A stretch of 64,000 nucleotides of DNA, from positions 372,001 through 436,000 of the forward strand of contig CAVNZM010000014.1 of the NCBI GenBank assembly GCA_963693365.1, written 5' to 3'. The position numbers were made by a program, and so were the translations under genes. This DNA comes from Amoebidium appalachense (lineage: Eukaryota > Protista > Ichthyosporea). Position 1 is the stretch's first letter. Each line of letters begins with the position of its first letter. Shown here piece by piece: positions 1-33,232 of this stretch. The notes beneath the pieces were generated by a model. The model was not told the DNA's origin. It did no database searches and was given only the letters and a program-made list of their open reading frames with translations.

Positions 1-119
1 TTGAGGTGTGTGTGTTTGTGGGGGGGAAGGGGGAGGGGGAGATGAGGGGGGGAGAGGGGGGCGGGGGGGGGGGGGGGGGAAGAGGCGGTTGTGGTAGAGG
101 TGTGTGTGTGTGTTGGGTG

Positions 120-123
120 GGTG

Positions 124-157
<34 letters not shown>

Positions 158-172
158 GGGTTTGTGGTGGAG

Positions 173-203
<31 letters not shown>

Positions 204-325
204 CGTGTGTGTGTGCGTGTGTGCGCGTGTGCTTGTGCGTGTGTGTGTGTGTATGTGTGTGTGTGTGTGTTGGGTGGGTGGGAGGGGGGGGGGGGGGGGG
301 GGGGGGGGGAGGGTTTGTGGTGCAG

Positions 326-356
<31 letters not shown>

Positions 357-432
357 CGTGTGTGTGTGCGTGTGTGCGCGTGTGCTTGTGCGTGTGTGTG
401 TGTGTATGTGTGTGTGTGTGTGTTGGGTGGGT

Positions 433-463
<31 letters not shown>

Positions 464-575
464 GGTTTGTGGTGGAGGTGTGTGTGTGTGTGTGTCACTG
501 TGTGCGTGTGTGTGTGCGTGTGTGCGCGTGTGCTTGTGCGTGTGTGTGTGTGTATGTGTGTGTGTGTGTGTGTGG
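120..575. repeat. Tandem repeat, unit about 150 bp, about 3 copies
   Basis: The unit 'gtttgtggtg(g/c)aggtgtgtg...tcactgtgtgcgtg...gtgcttgtgcgtg...gtatgtgtg...' recurs at about 160, 313 and 465. Confidence 0.8.
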
Positions 576-815
576 TGTTAAGCGTTGAAAGAGTGGGGTG
601 GTGGTGGTGGTGGTGGTGGTTAAGGGGGGGGGGGGGGGGGGGGGGGGTTATTAGATCGCATCACGGAGTTAATTAAACTGCAAATCACGACGGACAACAC
701 AATGGGACCAAAAGCACACATCACGATGACGTAACATAAGCCGAACACAACTGCAGACGAGCTCCAAATCATCCACAGTACCCATGGGTGGGGGGGAGCG
801 GGAGGGGGGAGGAGA

Positions 816-865
<50 letters not shown>

Positions 866-1121
866 GAGAGAGGAGGAGGAGGAGGGGGGCGGGGGGGGTT
901 TCAGCATAAAGATTGGTGGTAGCAATGTGGTTCAGTTGATAATTATGATGCACAGGTTGGGGTGTCGTGTGCAGAGAGTTGGTGTGGCTGGGAGGGGACG
1001 TGATCAAAACAGCATTGAACAGTGGAAAGCAACACATATGCTTACATTTATTTCATTTTCATTTTCTCTTTGCTGGTCTCTTTCCTTTCTTTCTTTCTTT
1101 GTTTCTTCCATTCTTTTTCTT

Positions 1122-1158
<37 letters not shown>

Positions 1159-3601
1159 TTTTTTTGGGGGGGGGGGGGGAGGGGGAGGAGGGAGGGAGGA
1201 TAGAGGGGGGGGGGGGGAGGGGGTGGAGGGGGGGAGGGAGGGGGGGGGGGGGGGGTATGGGTGGGTCCCAAGCAGGGTGAAGGGGAATCTTTTGGAAAAC
1301 CCGGAGCCAGATAGAGGGGAAGGTGTGAGGGTAGTGGGTGCCGCGAATAAATGACTGACAGCCAATCATATTTGGGGATTTACCAACGTGGCAGCGCCCA
1401 AGGGCCAGACTGGGTCGGTCACCGGTGGTCTCAATATTGTGCCACGTGCCAGCCTGCATGCACGTGCACATCTGTGAGTGCTGCACGTGCGTGTATGTGT
1501 CCACAAGACTTTGCTAGCGAGGGATATACCCATATTAATAAGCACGGGATAAACCGTTCGGAATTCATAAGCATGGAATAAAGCATTAATATAATTATAA
1601 GCACGGATAAACCCTTCGGAAATCATAACCGCAGCAAAAACAACATGTTTTCGCACGCACGGGGTATATTCCTTGGGACACATATAGTCAATGCCAGGCA
1701 CAGGGAAAAAAAGCAGCTAGCAAGGCCATTACTTTAATGCGCTCGGCTACTTAAAGAAATTCAACCAAGGCTACGCTTATATTTCGAAGGACATGTCGAA
1801 TATAATAGTGCCTCTGAACGTGTGCCCTGGCTTACGACAATCGTGGCACACGATTGATACATCAGAGTTCACGCCAAAAAAACTGGGCTTATATACATTT
1901 ATGATAGCACTATATTTAAAGCCCTCGTTACGATCTCAAATCGGGTCAACCCACGTCACACCGGTGTGAAAGACAGTGGTTGGTGGGCAGCACGGAGAAG
2001 GGGGGGGGGGGGGGGGGGGGGGGGAGATATCTGCAAGGGAGGGGAAGGGGAGGAGGGGGAGGGGAAGGTTTTTTTTCTCTTTTTTTCTTTTTCTTTCTTT
2101 TTTTTGGGGGGGTGGGTGGGGGGGGGGGGGGAGGGGGGGGGAGGGGAGGGGAGGGGGAGGGGAGGGGGGGGGGGGGGGGGGGGGAGGGGGGGAGGGGGGG
2201 TCTTACCTTCGTGTCGTAGGCCACGAAATCGTTCACAAAATCAGTTCCCTGCCGCAGCAGGTTGCCCCCATTAACCCCCCCCAAACACGCAGATGTACTT
2301 GCCAACGGCAATGCTGCAATATTAGCCATATATATATATGGTTAGATTGCGTTATCGACAAATTCACTTTATGGAGCGATAGATTCTCTGAGCGCATGTA
2401 TTGAGTATCTGCTGAAAACCATCGAGGTAGGAAAGTTTTGGCAATCAAAAAAAAGTTTTTATAAAACAAAAAAAAAGTTTTTTTTTTCCCCCTATAAAAC
2501 AAAAAAAAGTAGGAATATTGCAAACGACATGGTGTATGTGTAGTTGTGCCATATATGCTTATGGCTTGTGTCGTGTCAAGGCTGCTTGTCTGAGGTGCAA
2601 GGTAGCTGGGAATGAGGAGAGGAAAGGTAGCGGAAGGAACGGGGAGAATGAAGGTGGTAGGATAAGGAGGGGAGCCAAGGCAAACGCAACATAAAATAAA
2701 GTGAAAAGGGGCGACCCAAAGAAAGAACTTTTTTTTTTTTTCCTTCTTCTTTTTTTTTTTTTTTTTTTTTGTGGGGGGGGGGGGGGGGTTAGCAAACGGA
2801 ACATGGTACTAGTATTAAGTACAACTACACAATATATGAAAAACACGATGATGATATGGAAATTCAACACACAACATCAGCAACGCGCGCAGCATGCAAC
2901 ATAAGCACAACCCATCCTGAGACTGGGCCCAAGAAACGGGCCGGGCCGGCGGGAAGGTAAAATGTTGTTGTTACCAGCTGTGGGCCGTAGCGTGGACTGA
3001 CCACCTCCTGTTTTTCCTCTTCTTCCTCTTCTTCTTCGCTATCATCCTCTGAAAAGAAACATCATGGTAAGTGTCCGTGCACTCCTGCACTTACTCCCCC
3101 CCCCCCCCCCCCCCCCCTCCCCCCACCCCCATTACACACACACCGCCACCACCACCACTGAAAAGAGGTGATGTTCCTTTATCCCAGGAAAAAAAGAAAC
3201 AAACTTCAGGAAGGAGGGTTTGCAAAGGTCATGAAAAAAAATGACTGCACACACGACGGAAAATATTGCATCGCTCACCTCAAATAGACAACCCCCCCCC
3301 CCCTTCCCACGGACATTTATGCACACGCATGATCACGACCGTGCACACCCACGTGCCTGATCACAGGAGGCATGCACACATACCATCCCACGTACACATG
3401 CCTTGAGGTTGTGCCCTGAGTCCATCCATCACCACACGTGCACACACCCGTGTACCTGTATGCTCACGGGCACACACGTACCCCCACACACATGCACACG
3501 GCAAGCACATACAAACATGCCTAGACATGCACACGTGCAGGCACACACACACTCGCACACACACACGCTCGCACACCCACACACCCACACCCACACACCC
3601 A

Positions 3602-3657
<56 letters not shown>

Positions 3658-3785
3658 CACACACACAAAACCCCATCCACCACAGACGCACAAGTCCACA
3701 CCACTCGCGCAAACGTACACACCCACCCATCTGCCTCGCCTCGCCTCCCCCCCTCCCCCCCCCCCCCCCCCCCCCCCCCATCCTA

Positions 3786-3822
<37 letters not shown>

Positions 3823-4318
3823 ACACACACATCCACACACACACACGTACCGTCCATCCACTCCTCCACCTCCCACTCATCCCTCTGCTCCGATGCCCTT
3901 CTGCTTGCTGCCTCTCCCTCCTTGCGCCGTGTCAGGGGCCTGCCATATGTTCAATATCAGCACAGACAAAACACGTGCACGCCTTACCATGGGGTTGTGC
4001 ATGCAGAATTCAGTGCTTTGCCACCATACTAAACAGTGACTGGTTTTGTCATCATCCCCCCCCCCCCCCCCCCCCCCCCCTTCCCCTTCCTCCCCATTTC
4101 CACCACACCTTCTCTGGAATTCCCTGGCCCCTTATCTTTCACACTTCCTTTTCTTGTTCATTCGAAAATAGCCACACAACGGTACGAAGAGCAAAGGAGG
4201 TATGTTTCAAAATTTCTATGTAAAATGCTAAAAAATGGCCAAGACAGATATGCTGTCTGAAGAACAAAATAACCATACGTAATGTAAAACCGTCATCACA
4301 GTGAAAGGTTGAAACATT
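560..4318. repeat. Left arm of a large inverted repeat (partner at about 10200-14000)
   Basis: Reverse-complement similarity is continuous, from ...ttagatcgcatcacggagt (about 650) versus 13861, to ...ggttgaaacatt (4318) versus aatgtttcaaac (10200). The ORF track shows mirrored translations (3403..4032+ vs 10461..11078-; 3132..3326- vs 11165..11350+). Confidence 0.92.
1384..3157 (-). pseudogene. Inverted partial duplicate of the kelch gene (4 exons visible, probably continues beyond the window start)
   Basis: Minus-strand exons 3157-3144, 3048-2975, 2313-2207 and 1453-1384 match plus-strand exons 11325-11338, 11400-11472, 12159-12264 and 13210-13279, with splice sites intact. Two +1 insertions in short homopolymers (CCC near 2982, G8 near 2275) break the frame. 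These may be real lesions or consensus errors. Confidence 0.75.
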
Positions 4319-4848
4319 CGGATGGTATCAAAAGCTGGACGGTGGTATGCATACAATCAACACAGTTCATTCGAAAATGGCCACACAACGGTACGAAGAG
4401 CAAAGGAGGTATGCTTAAGCATACAATCAACCACAGTGCACTTGGTTGCCCCCCCCCCAACCCCCCCCTCCCCCCACGTGTGCGCGCGCACGTATAAGCT
4501 TGCATTTAGGCGTACACGCACACACACACACACACACGTGCACGGTGATTCTCCAACGGAATGTCTCCCATATCATTTTAAACGGTGTGCGCGAATGCCT
4601 GGGGGTGCTGGCAGGCTGACTTGTTTGGCCCCCTCGCAATATTCCTCCTTTTTTATTGTTTTATAAATATCGATGCAGAATTTTTAAATAGTTTTCAACT
4701 CGCAGCCGGTGTGGCCACACCTGTGCACGCTCAAATTTGAGCCGTGGGCTTTCCAATACTGTATGTAGGTGCACGTTCTGTATCATCACTTGATCTTTTG
4801 TTCAATTTGAAAAAGCTTATCATTCGGAAAAAGGGAGCATAGGTCCCC

Positions 4849-4896
<48 letters not shown>

Positions 4897-5588
4897 TGTG
4901 CACCCACACCAAGAAATTCTATCTATCTCCTCGCTGAGTGATTTATATTTCTTATAATAATAAGGTAAAATGTCTAAAATCCTATATCACACATCGAGTG
5001 GAAGGAAAGCAGTATGGATTGACGAACCTGAGTTTCAGTTTGGCCCGCCGTCCTGAGCCACCGGTGAGTGGTGACAGAAAGAAAAAGCAGATTGTAACCA
5101 TAAAAGGCAAGTTTGGGAAACTCAATGGCATTTGATTGGCTACTGCTTATTCCATGAGCCACACATGACCTTCGTCTGTCGACCGTGATGTTTGTGTGCA
5201 AGTGCGCACACAACCACACACTTGTGGCTGTTTGTGAGGCAACAGTAGTACTAGCTAGTAGTACTCTGGTCACTCGGAGGCAACGGGAGATTATCCGAGT
5301 GCCTGGTTGCTCAGGCCTAACGTTTCCTTTGTTTCCCTTGCGCGTGCAGGTAAGCCAGCGTGGGGTATATATGGGCGAGAACAGGAGGGAGAGGTGCGCA
5401 GGGAAAGAGCTTTTGCGCTCATACATACGTGCCTGTTTTGGGTTTGGATGCGGGTCTGCTTATGCATATGGCACCACTCGTGATTGCACAATAGCCAACA
5501 CCACGCATACATTGCATCTGATGACTGCATGTGTGTGAATGTTTTACAGAAAACTGATTTCTCTCATTGCAGTGTTTTTTGAGAGAAT

Positions 5589-16597
<11,009 letters not shown>

Positions 16598-18003
16598 AGT
16601 AAGGGAACAAGCACGTGCTCGCATGGGCCCACTTTGTTCTGCCGATGTGATGTGGGAGCATGGCAGGTAGGACCGAGAGCCTTTTTGCTTTCACCGGTAC
16701 TGTAGTGACATGTAGGCCAAGAGGGCCCAATGTGATTCCATATGATTCCATACCCTGGTATAACGGCATAAGAGCATAATGTATTGGTGGAAACACAATG
16801 GTATGGCTTTGTCTGGTATGTTTGCCGATACCACATATGCAGGGGCTGAGATAGATGGGCTAAATAGTTATGTAACGATAGTGTTCGATACCTCTTTGCA
16901 GTTTGCTTAGCAGCAATATCATTCAATAAGTACGTATACGCGCGGTGATGCACATGAAGCAAGTATGTTATCAAAAGTATAAACCAACTCTTACAGAAGA
17001 CGTGCCTTAATGCTAGTGGAGGTGTTGATAGACACGGTCTATTCATGCTCCATGGCCAGAGTTCACGACGTTTATTCTGCGCATAGGGAGAGATAGCTAC
17101 ACCTTCCCTGACTCAAATGAGCAACGAACGTGCCCACTGCCCAGGCTGCACAGCGCTGGTTGGATTATGTACGCGCCTTTTTCTATAATCCAATGATAAA
17201 GTTTTTCTAAAGGTGGGTAATGATAATGCGCCATTCCGCTCTGGTCACACTTCAAAGCTTCGTATGACGTGGTTTCTATAGGCATCCGAGTATAGACTAA
17301 TGATATAAAGTGTCATAGATGCAAAAATGATACATATATAAAGTGCCCTGCTACTATTTTTCTGCTATCTTTGGCATTTCTGTGAGAGTACACACCTAAG
17401 GTTTTGAACGATAGAACCAAATGCACATAATCAACCCATTTCTATAACACGCACTCTCTTGGAATGCCGGCGCGGATGCATATGCCATATTTAGCAGTCG
17501 ACCTTCCTTCGTTTAGACCTCACCCGGGTCTCGCTGAGCGATGGTCCACTGGTCTGGCCGCCCCCTAGAAGCCATCACCCCAGACAACGTCAAAGCAGCA
17601 CCACCATTTTGTTATCATCCGGATCCGGCCGCAAAACTTGACGTCATGAACAGCACCGGCCCTCTGACGCCCGGCCCAACGTTCAAGTGGGAGACCAATC
17701 CGAGTCACCGGCCACGGTTCGGGTCAGCGTCCTGGCATGGGGTCATCCCTTTCAAGTCTTTATGTTTGTGTATGTGTCCCGGGTCGCTCCCGGCTGGTGT
17801 TGTTAAAGTGAGCTGTGCTCCCTTCCCCACTAGCGTTGCTGCGGCTAGAACCGTGGGATAAGGCGTAACTAAAAATAGTGCCAGTTGGGGTCAATTAGAA
17901 TCCTGACTTATGAGTGTGCTGTATACAGTATGATCTGTGTCTAGGCGGAAGACGCGTGGTAAGCTCCCCTGAGGCAGTGCCTCGCCGGGAGTAAAACGGG
18001 ATA

Positions 18004-18007
<4 letters not shown>

Positions 18008-18056
<49 letters not shown>
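18008..18056. repeat. (TA)n microsatellite, intergenic
   Basis: Perfect TA run of about 24 units. Confidence 0.95.
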
Positions 18057-18064
<8 letters not shown>

Positions 18065-18151
18065 TTCGTGCAAGAATATACAGAGGCACACTTGTATTCA
18101 TGGCTTAAGCTTGAGGCAAGAGTTACTATCCAAATGCACTTTATCGAAGTT

Positions 18152-18182
<31 letters not shown>

Positions 18183-18673
18183 TTCATCACCCATTCCCAG
18201 GCAACGTTTCGGCTTCAAACAGTTCACCTGACGCTTGCGTACCCGAACCTATGCCCTAATTTGGTAACAGGATTGCGTAGTACCCTGGTGGTGGTGGGTG
18301 GCCATGTGGGCACGTGTGATGGCTTGTTGCAGTGTGTGGGTCAGCCCATCGAATCAACACACATCGATTATACTATTCCCCCCCCCCCCCCCCCCCCTCC
18401 GACACACGCGCCCGCCCGCCCGCACGTACACGCTCGCACGCGGCACGCACGCATGCACGCACCCACCCAGTTGTCTCTCACACCTACACTCTTGTTTGCT
18501 AAAAGTTCAACTTCAACTGGGTTAATGTTTATTGTGGGTTTTATGTTTATTGTTATATATTTTGTTTTAAAACTTCAGTACCCGTCCTTGAGCATGATTC
18601 ACACATCATGGCATCTGATATCAGCCCTATGGACACCATGTGTGTGGTGTGTGTCACGCGCGCGCGCGTGTAT

Positions 18674-18729
<56 letters not shown>

Positions 18730-19300
18730 ATGTGTGCCTGCACAGGTGCACCTGTGTGTGCCTGTATGAGCGTGTTGTGTGTTACATGTGTGTGTGATTG
18801 CACACGTTCAATCTGCAGTACAATGTGTGCAAGTTCTGGCTAGACATGCCCCAGTTAAAGTAACTTCACATCATGTGGATCATAGTTGACTGTTTAAAGG
18901 GTTTAATTTAGATGTAGGATTTTTAAAAGTCAAGTGGTTTAATCTGGAAGTACAATATCTTAAACTATAAAATTATAGTCACTTACAATTACAAAATGAG
19001 AAGGCTGAGGGATCTACTTTGACTTTCATAGGGCAATTGTTATGCCACAGAGCTGCATGAGTAAAGTAATTGATATGCCTCACATCATTTATATACAAAA
19101 GAGAAAGAGAACATGAATTATACAAAATCATAATTAACACCACACAGTGTCAGGAAACAAACATATAAACACATTTACGTCAACATTAGACTGCATATTT
19201 TGCTATAAAATGGCACAACACACCACATAATACATGTGCTCACACAACTGCATTTTTCACCCCATGTATCCTACAAGTTCACACACACCACGTGTTATCC

Positions 19301-28126
<8,826 letters not shown>

Positions 28127-28891
28127 GGTTCAGGAAAATTTGACACGGTAGTGGGAGCTCAGTCCGGATTGTTCACTGTGAAGTTAACTGGGATTGTGTC
28201 TGCACTTGTGGACAGGAGGTCTGGAAACATGAATTGCTCGAACTAATTAATCAGACTGTGCTTGAGTGGCACAGAAATCATTACACGGAGTTTCGTAATG
28301 AACCTGAATCAGTGCCCATACAACTGTTTCCCTTCGTTGCATGCAAGTTCATATAACACATGCACGCATATTTGTGTGCACTCTGTGTGCGTAACACTCA
28401 CCAGGTCAGGCCGGTTTTATCCCCGCTTAGGAAATTTTTTGCGTAATTTGGAGGTCCCGGTCCACACAAGGTCACCCGGTTGCAAGGCTCACGAATTTCA
28501 CAAATTTAGCGGTTTCTGATTGGCGCACACCGCATCTGCTTGGTCATCAAATCAAAGCATCCCGAAAGTTACCATATTTGTCGTTGGTTTAGATATGGCT
28601 CCTAGATAGTCTAGGGGGCCGGATGCCGCTCACTGTACACGTGCCAGCGCTAGCCCGCACTCGTGTACAACAACTTGCGGTGCACGCACGAAAGAAGTGT
28701 GTTGGCAGAGAGGGAGAAGGGAGAGTTATTAGGAGGTATTAGGAGTGGTTGCAAGAAGAAAGGCATATGCCGAGGTGCTAACGCAGTGTGCATTCATAGG
28801 CCGCTAGTCCAGATATTGTCAAAGAGGCGTGTATTTTTTCTAAGCGCATCAATAGATTTCGAGTATATGAATAGAGAGGCTTAAAGGGGAC
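28127..28891. promoter_or_regulatory. Probable bidirectional promoter between LDH and WDR75
   Basis: 765 bp between divergent ATGs (28126 minus, 28892 plus), free of microsatellites. A CCAAT-type ctgattgg lies near 28516. Confidence 0.55.
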
Positions 28892-30131
28892 ATGGCACAA
28901 GATGAGCAGACTGGCCTCGGCCTCCGCACTACGGCTGGGGAGTCGCTGACAACGCGTCCTCCTGTGTTTACCAAGGATGCAAAGTAACCACCTTCTTCTC
29001 TTTTCCCTTTCTCCAGAGCCCCCCCCCCTCCCCCCCCCCCACTACCACCTCAAACCTTCTCCCTCTGCCGTTCCTCCCACTTGCTCCCTCCCCTTGGCCG
29101 ATTCAACCAGACGCGCCATTCCCTCTGCTTGTATACACCCGTATTTCACGGCAATCTACCTTTTGTCTAAGGCTCCTTTCGTTCCAAATTACTCATTTTA
29201 TGGTCTTTTCCTTCACTTTCAGAGGGTTAAGGACACATCTTTCCTTGTTCCTTAGTTGACTCCATCAGCCTACTCATAACGCTCTCGTCCCTCCCCCCCC
29301 CCCCCCCCCTCCCCCCGCCCCCCTTTCCCTTCTACCCACCCTTCCCTCTTGTTCTTTCCGCTCCTCCCTCACCCCCCTTGCATTCTGCATCGTGTTATCC
29401 GTTTGTTCTTGTGTACTTCGTACTTTTTGACGCATTCAAAACCCCCCCCCCCCCCCCCTTCCTGCCCCAACACACACACACATCCCCGACCTCCCGCCCT
29501 TTTTTGCTCTCTTTGCCCTTCCCCCCCCCCCCCAAATCTTTCCATCACCTTCCACCTTCCAGCTTCTTCTTTCTGTGCACAGGCACGCAGGTGCGTGTGC
29601 ACAGTAGGGCCACGGGCGAGTGTGTGCGCAAGCTGCTGGGCCACACTGCCACAGTGACGGGGGTGGCCCTCAACCCGGCCAACTCCCTCCAGGTGTGTGA
29701 CATAGCTGGTCGGGACCTGTGTTGGGATTTTTTCTTGGCACGGGCAGGCTTGCTTCTGTCAATTTCCTGTTTCTGAGATTATGGCTGGTGCCACGGAATA
29801 ATACCTGACTTGGCCTTGCTCGATCATTCTTGTTTTTTCCATCTCTTCTTATTGTACATGTCTTATTTTTTAGGGGCGAGTAAGTGACTGGGTCTATGCA
29901 GGTGTACAGCTTTGGTGTCGACGGCACGGTGCGTCTGTGGGACTATGTGGACGGCATACTGCTGAGGGTAAGTGGAGAGGGAGGGGAAGGGGGGGGGGGG
30001 GATGGGTAGGAGGTAAAAGGTAACTGCAGGGAAATGAACGAGAAAATAGGGGGATGTGTTGGTGAAAGGTGGGCAGTGGCAATGTGTGAAGGGTCAGGAT
30101 GTGGGTGTGGGTGTTGTGTGTATGTGTGTGT

Positions 30132-30162
<31 letters not shown>

Positions 30163-31311
30163 GAGATCTGGACAAAGGTATTGAAAAGGGTAAATGAGAA
30201 AGTTTTTAAGAGCTCTGTGTAGTGGGCCGTGGGGGTGGGGGAGACAAGAGACTTGGCAGATGGGAAGGAGGGATTTGCTGAGCCGCTGGGTTTGGTTTGG
30301 GTTCCGATGGTGTATTGCTCTTTCCATGTTGCATGGGCCCTGTGCGACAGCAAGAATATGGCCATGCACTAAACAGAGGTGGTTGGCCATTTGTTCTTTT
30401 CCCTCTCTCTTTACTCTCCTTATCCCATCCTCCTTTTTCTCCTTCGTTATCCTCTCATATTCCTTCCTCCCTCCTTCTCCTCCGTACATCCTTTCCTCCC
30501 TTCCACTTGTACTGCCCCTTTTCCCTAATCTTCCAACACTGTCCTGCCATCTGCATGGACCCTCTAGAGTAACGCCTTCCCCACCACCCTCACACCCTCC
30601 TCCTTTCCCCCTTTCCTTCTTCTCTCTTCTCCGTCCACCCCATTTTCACCCTTCCTCCCCTTCCACCCCCTCCTTTACCCCTCCCCCTCCCCTCTCCCCC
30701 CTCCCCACCTCCCCCAGACGCTCGAAGTGGGGCTATCCATTCAATATCTGTCAGTTCTGCCACAACACCCAGACCAGGCCATGGTCCTGACGGAGTCTTC
30801 ATCATCTGTTACAAAGGGTCCCCCCCCCCCCCCCCCCCCCCCCCCCCGCCCCCTCTCCTCCCGGCCCCCCTCCTCATCCGAACTCGTCCCGCCGCTGTTC
30901 CCCATCGATTCTCCTCCCCCATCCTGACACTTAGTCTCCGTTTAGCGTAAGAAGGAAAGTGGATAGGGGAAAGTAGATAGAAGAATAGGGTTTGGCCACG
31001 GGGAAGGGTCGGGAGCATACGTTAAGGGAGGGGGGTGGGGAGGTGGAGGGGGAGGCTGAATGTTCTGCAGACGGATGAATGGTTTAATATGAAAGTGATT
31101 GCAGGCATTTACTTGGTTTTGCCAACTTCTTTGCCTCTGCTCGTGGTGGTTGCACTCTTATGGGTGCCAGTGTACACCCCGGATGTGTATGCTCGTGGTT
31201 GGTGTGTGTGTATGTGTGTGCAACACTGCTTGTGTGTGTAGGGTCATCTTAATCATCGTGTTTTTCTTTTTGCCCTGTTGCTTGCGTGTATATGTAAATG
31301 CATGGGTCCTT

Positions 31312-31361
<50 letters not shown>

Positions 31362-31699
31362 GTAACTGACTGTGTGTGTTCAGATGGGTCCACTATCGAT
31401 AAAACACGGATATATGTCAGGCGGATTTGGCTGAAGTCTCCAAAGGTATGCCCATGCTCATTTTCTACCTGGGTCTTTTGCTTGGTTTTATGGGAGGAGG
31501 TTACGGATGGATGTTTGGTTGGTGGCTTCAAGAGTATGAGGTGGAGCGGTGGGTGGTGAGTGTATGAGATGGTGTGTGTGTGTGTGGGGGGGAGGGGAGG
31601 AGGCTGAGGGGGGAGGCTCGCTTTTGCTTCCAGGCGCTGTTTTGTAGAGTGATTGGATTTCATGTGGCTGGCGATATTGTGGTAGTGAGTGATAGTTTG

Positions 31700-31737
<38 letters not shown>

Positions 31738-31941
31738 ACAGGGGAGAGGGTAGGGATTTTTAGCACACACAGTTTTCCACTTTCCTTTGGACCCGGACAA
31801 AATGTGTGTAGTGTATTGCGTAGGTCTGACCCCCTCCTCCCCCTCCCCTGCCCCCGTCTCACACATGCCTGCGCACAATCCCCCCTCCTCACCCATGCAC
31901 ACACACACACACACATGCACACACGCACACACAAAACACAC

Positions 31942-31981
<40 letters not shown>

Positions 31982-32427
31982 AGCAGGGGATCAAGAGCGT
32001 CAAGGTGGTGCGCGTCAAGGGCACAGTGTGTGGGTGGGCCATGGAACCTTCTGGTAGCCGCCTGGTGGTTGCTGCCGGCCGCAGTATCTACCTCGTTCCA
32101 TTGGTTGACGGAAAACCAACCATGTGGTATGAATCCCTCACCCCCTCCAAAAAATAAAATAAAAAGTAAAATGAAATAATAAAACTAAAAAGCGCCAAAA
32201 AATAGATCAAACAAACACTCGCTTTTCTTCTCTCCCCCAACTACCACCACCATATAAGAAAGAGGGAGGGTTTAGGAAGAAAGAACAGAGAGAAAGTTTC
32301 AGGACCTTTGCCGATTATGAAAAGCTCTGATTTTTTTCACTTCCCGACTACCGCTGTGTGGGCTTGCTACTATCAGCACCCTTCCCGTTGTTGCGTCGTG
32401 CATCTGTACTTTTTTCATATTCTGGCA

Positions 32428-32462
<35 letters not shown>

Positions 32463-33192
32463 GGCACCATTTCCTCTGCCCTCTCCACACCTGTGTACCT
32501 CAGTCTTATTGGTACGATACTACACGACCGATATTAATATTTACACTGGTACCGTATTACCCACTTTCGCAATATAATATTCTTTTTCACCACCTTTAAT
32601 ACCCTTTACTAACAAACTCCTTCTGTTACAACTACAGCTACCCCAAGAAGTGCCTCACGTGCATAGCCCACCACATGCACTAAGTTACTCTTATTGCTCC
32701 ATAACAGTAATACCACGCATAATGTTCAATTCACCGACACGCCTTCTCTCCTTACAGCTACAGCCACCCCAAGGGTCGTCTCACATGCATAGCCCACCAC
32801 CCCACATCCAGCTACGTAGCTACAGGTGATGTTCAGGGGCGTATCACACTGTGGTATGGGCTGGGGGAGGACCAGGATATGGCCCCAACCACACAGACAC
32901 TGCATTGGCATGCTCACCCCGTGGCGGGCCTGCACTTCACAGGGTACATTTACATCATCCCCCCCCCCCCCCCCCCCCCCCCCATTATGCACACTCCTAA
33001 TTCTTCATGTGTGGTTTGCACTGTGCATCGTGTTGTCCGTTGTTTATGTATGCTTCGTACTTTATGACGCATTCAACCCCCCCGCCCCCCTCCCCCGCTC
33101 CCTTACTGATGCATACCGTTTATGTATGCTTTGCAAAAGCATATGTTTGTGTTGTCTGCCATAATTTTGTACTTTGTACATTATCGCATTAT

Positions 33193-33232
<40 letters not shown>

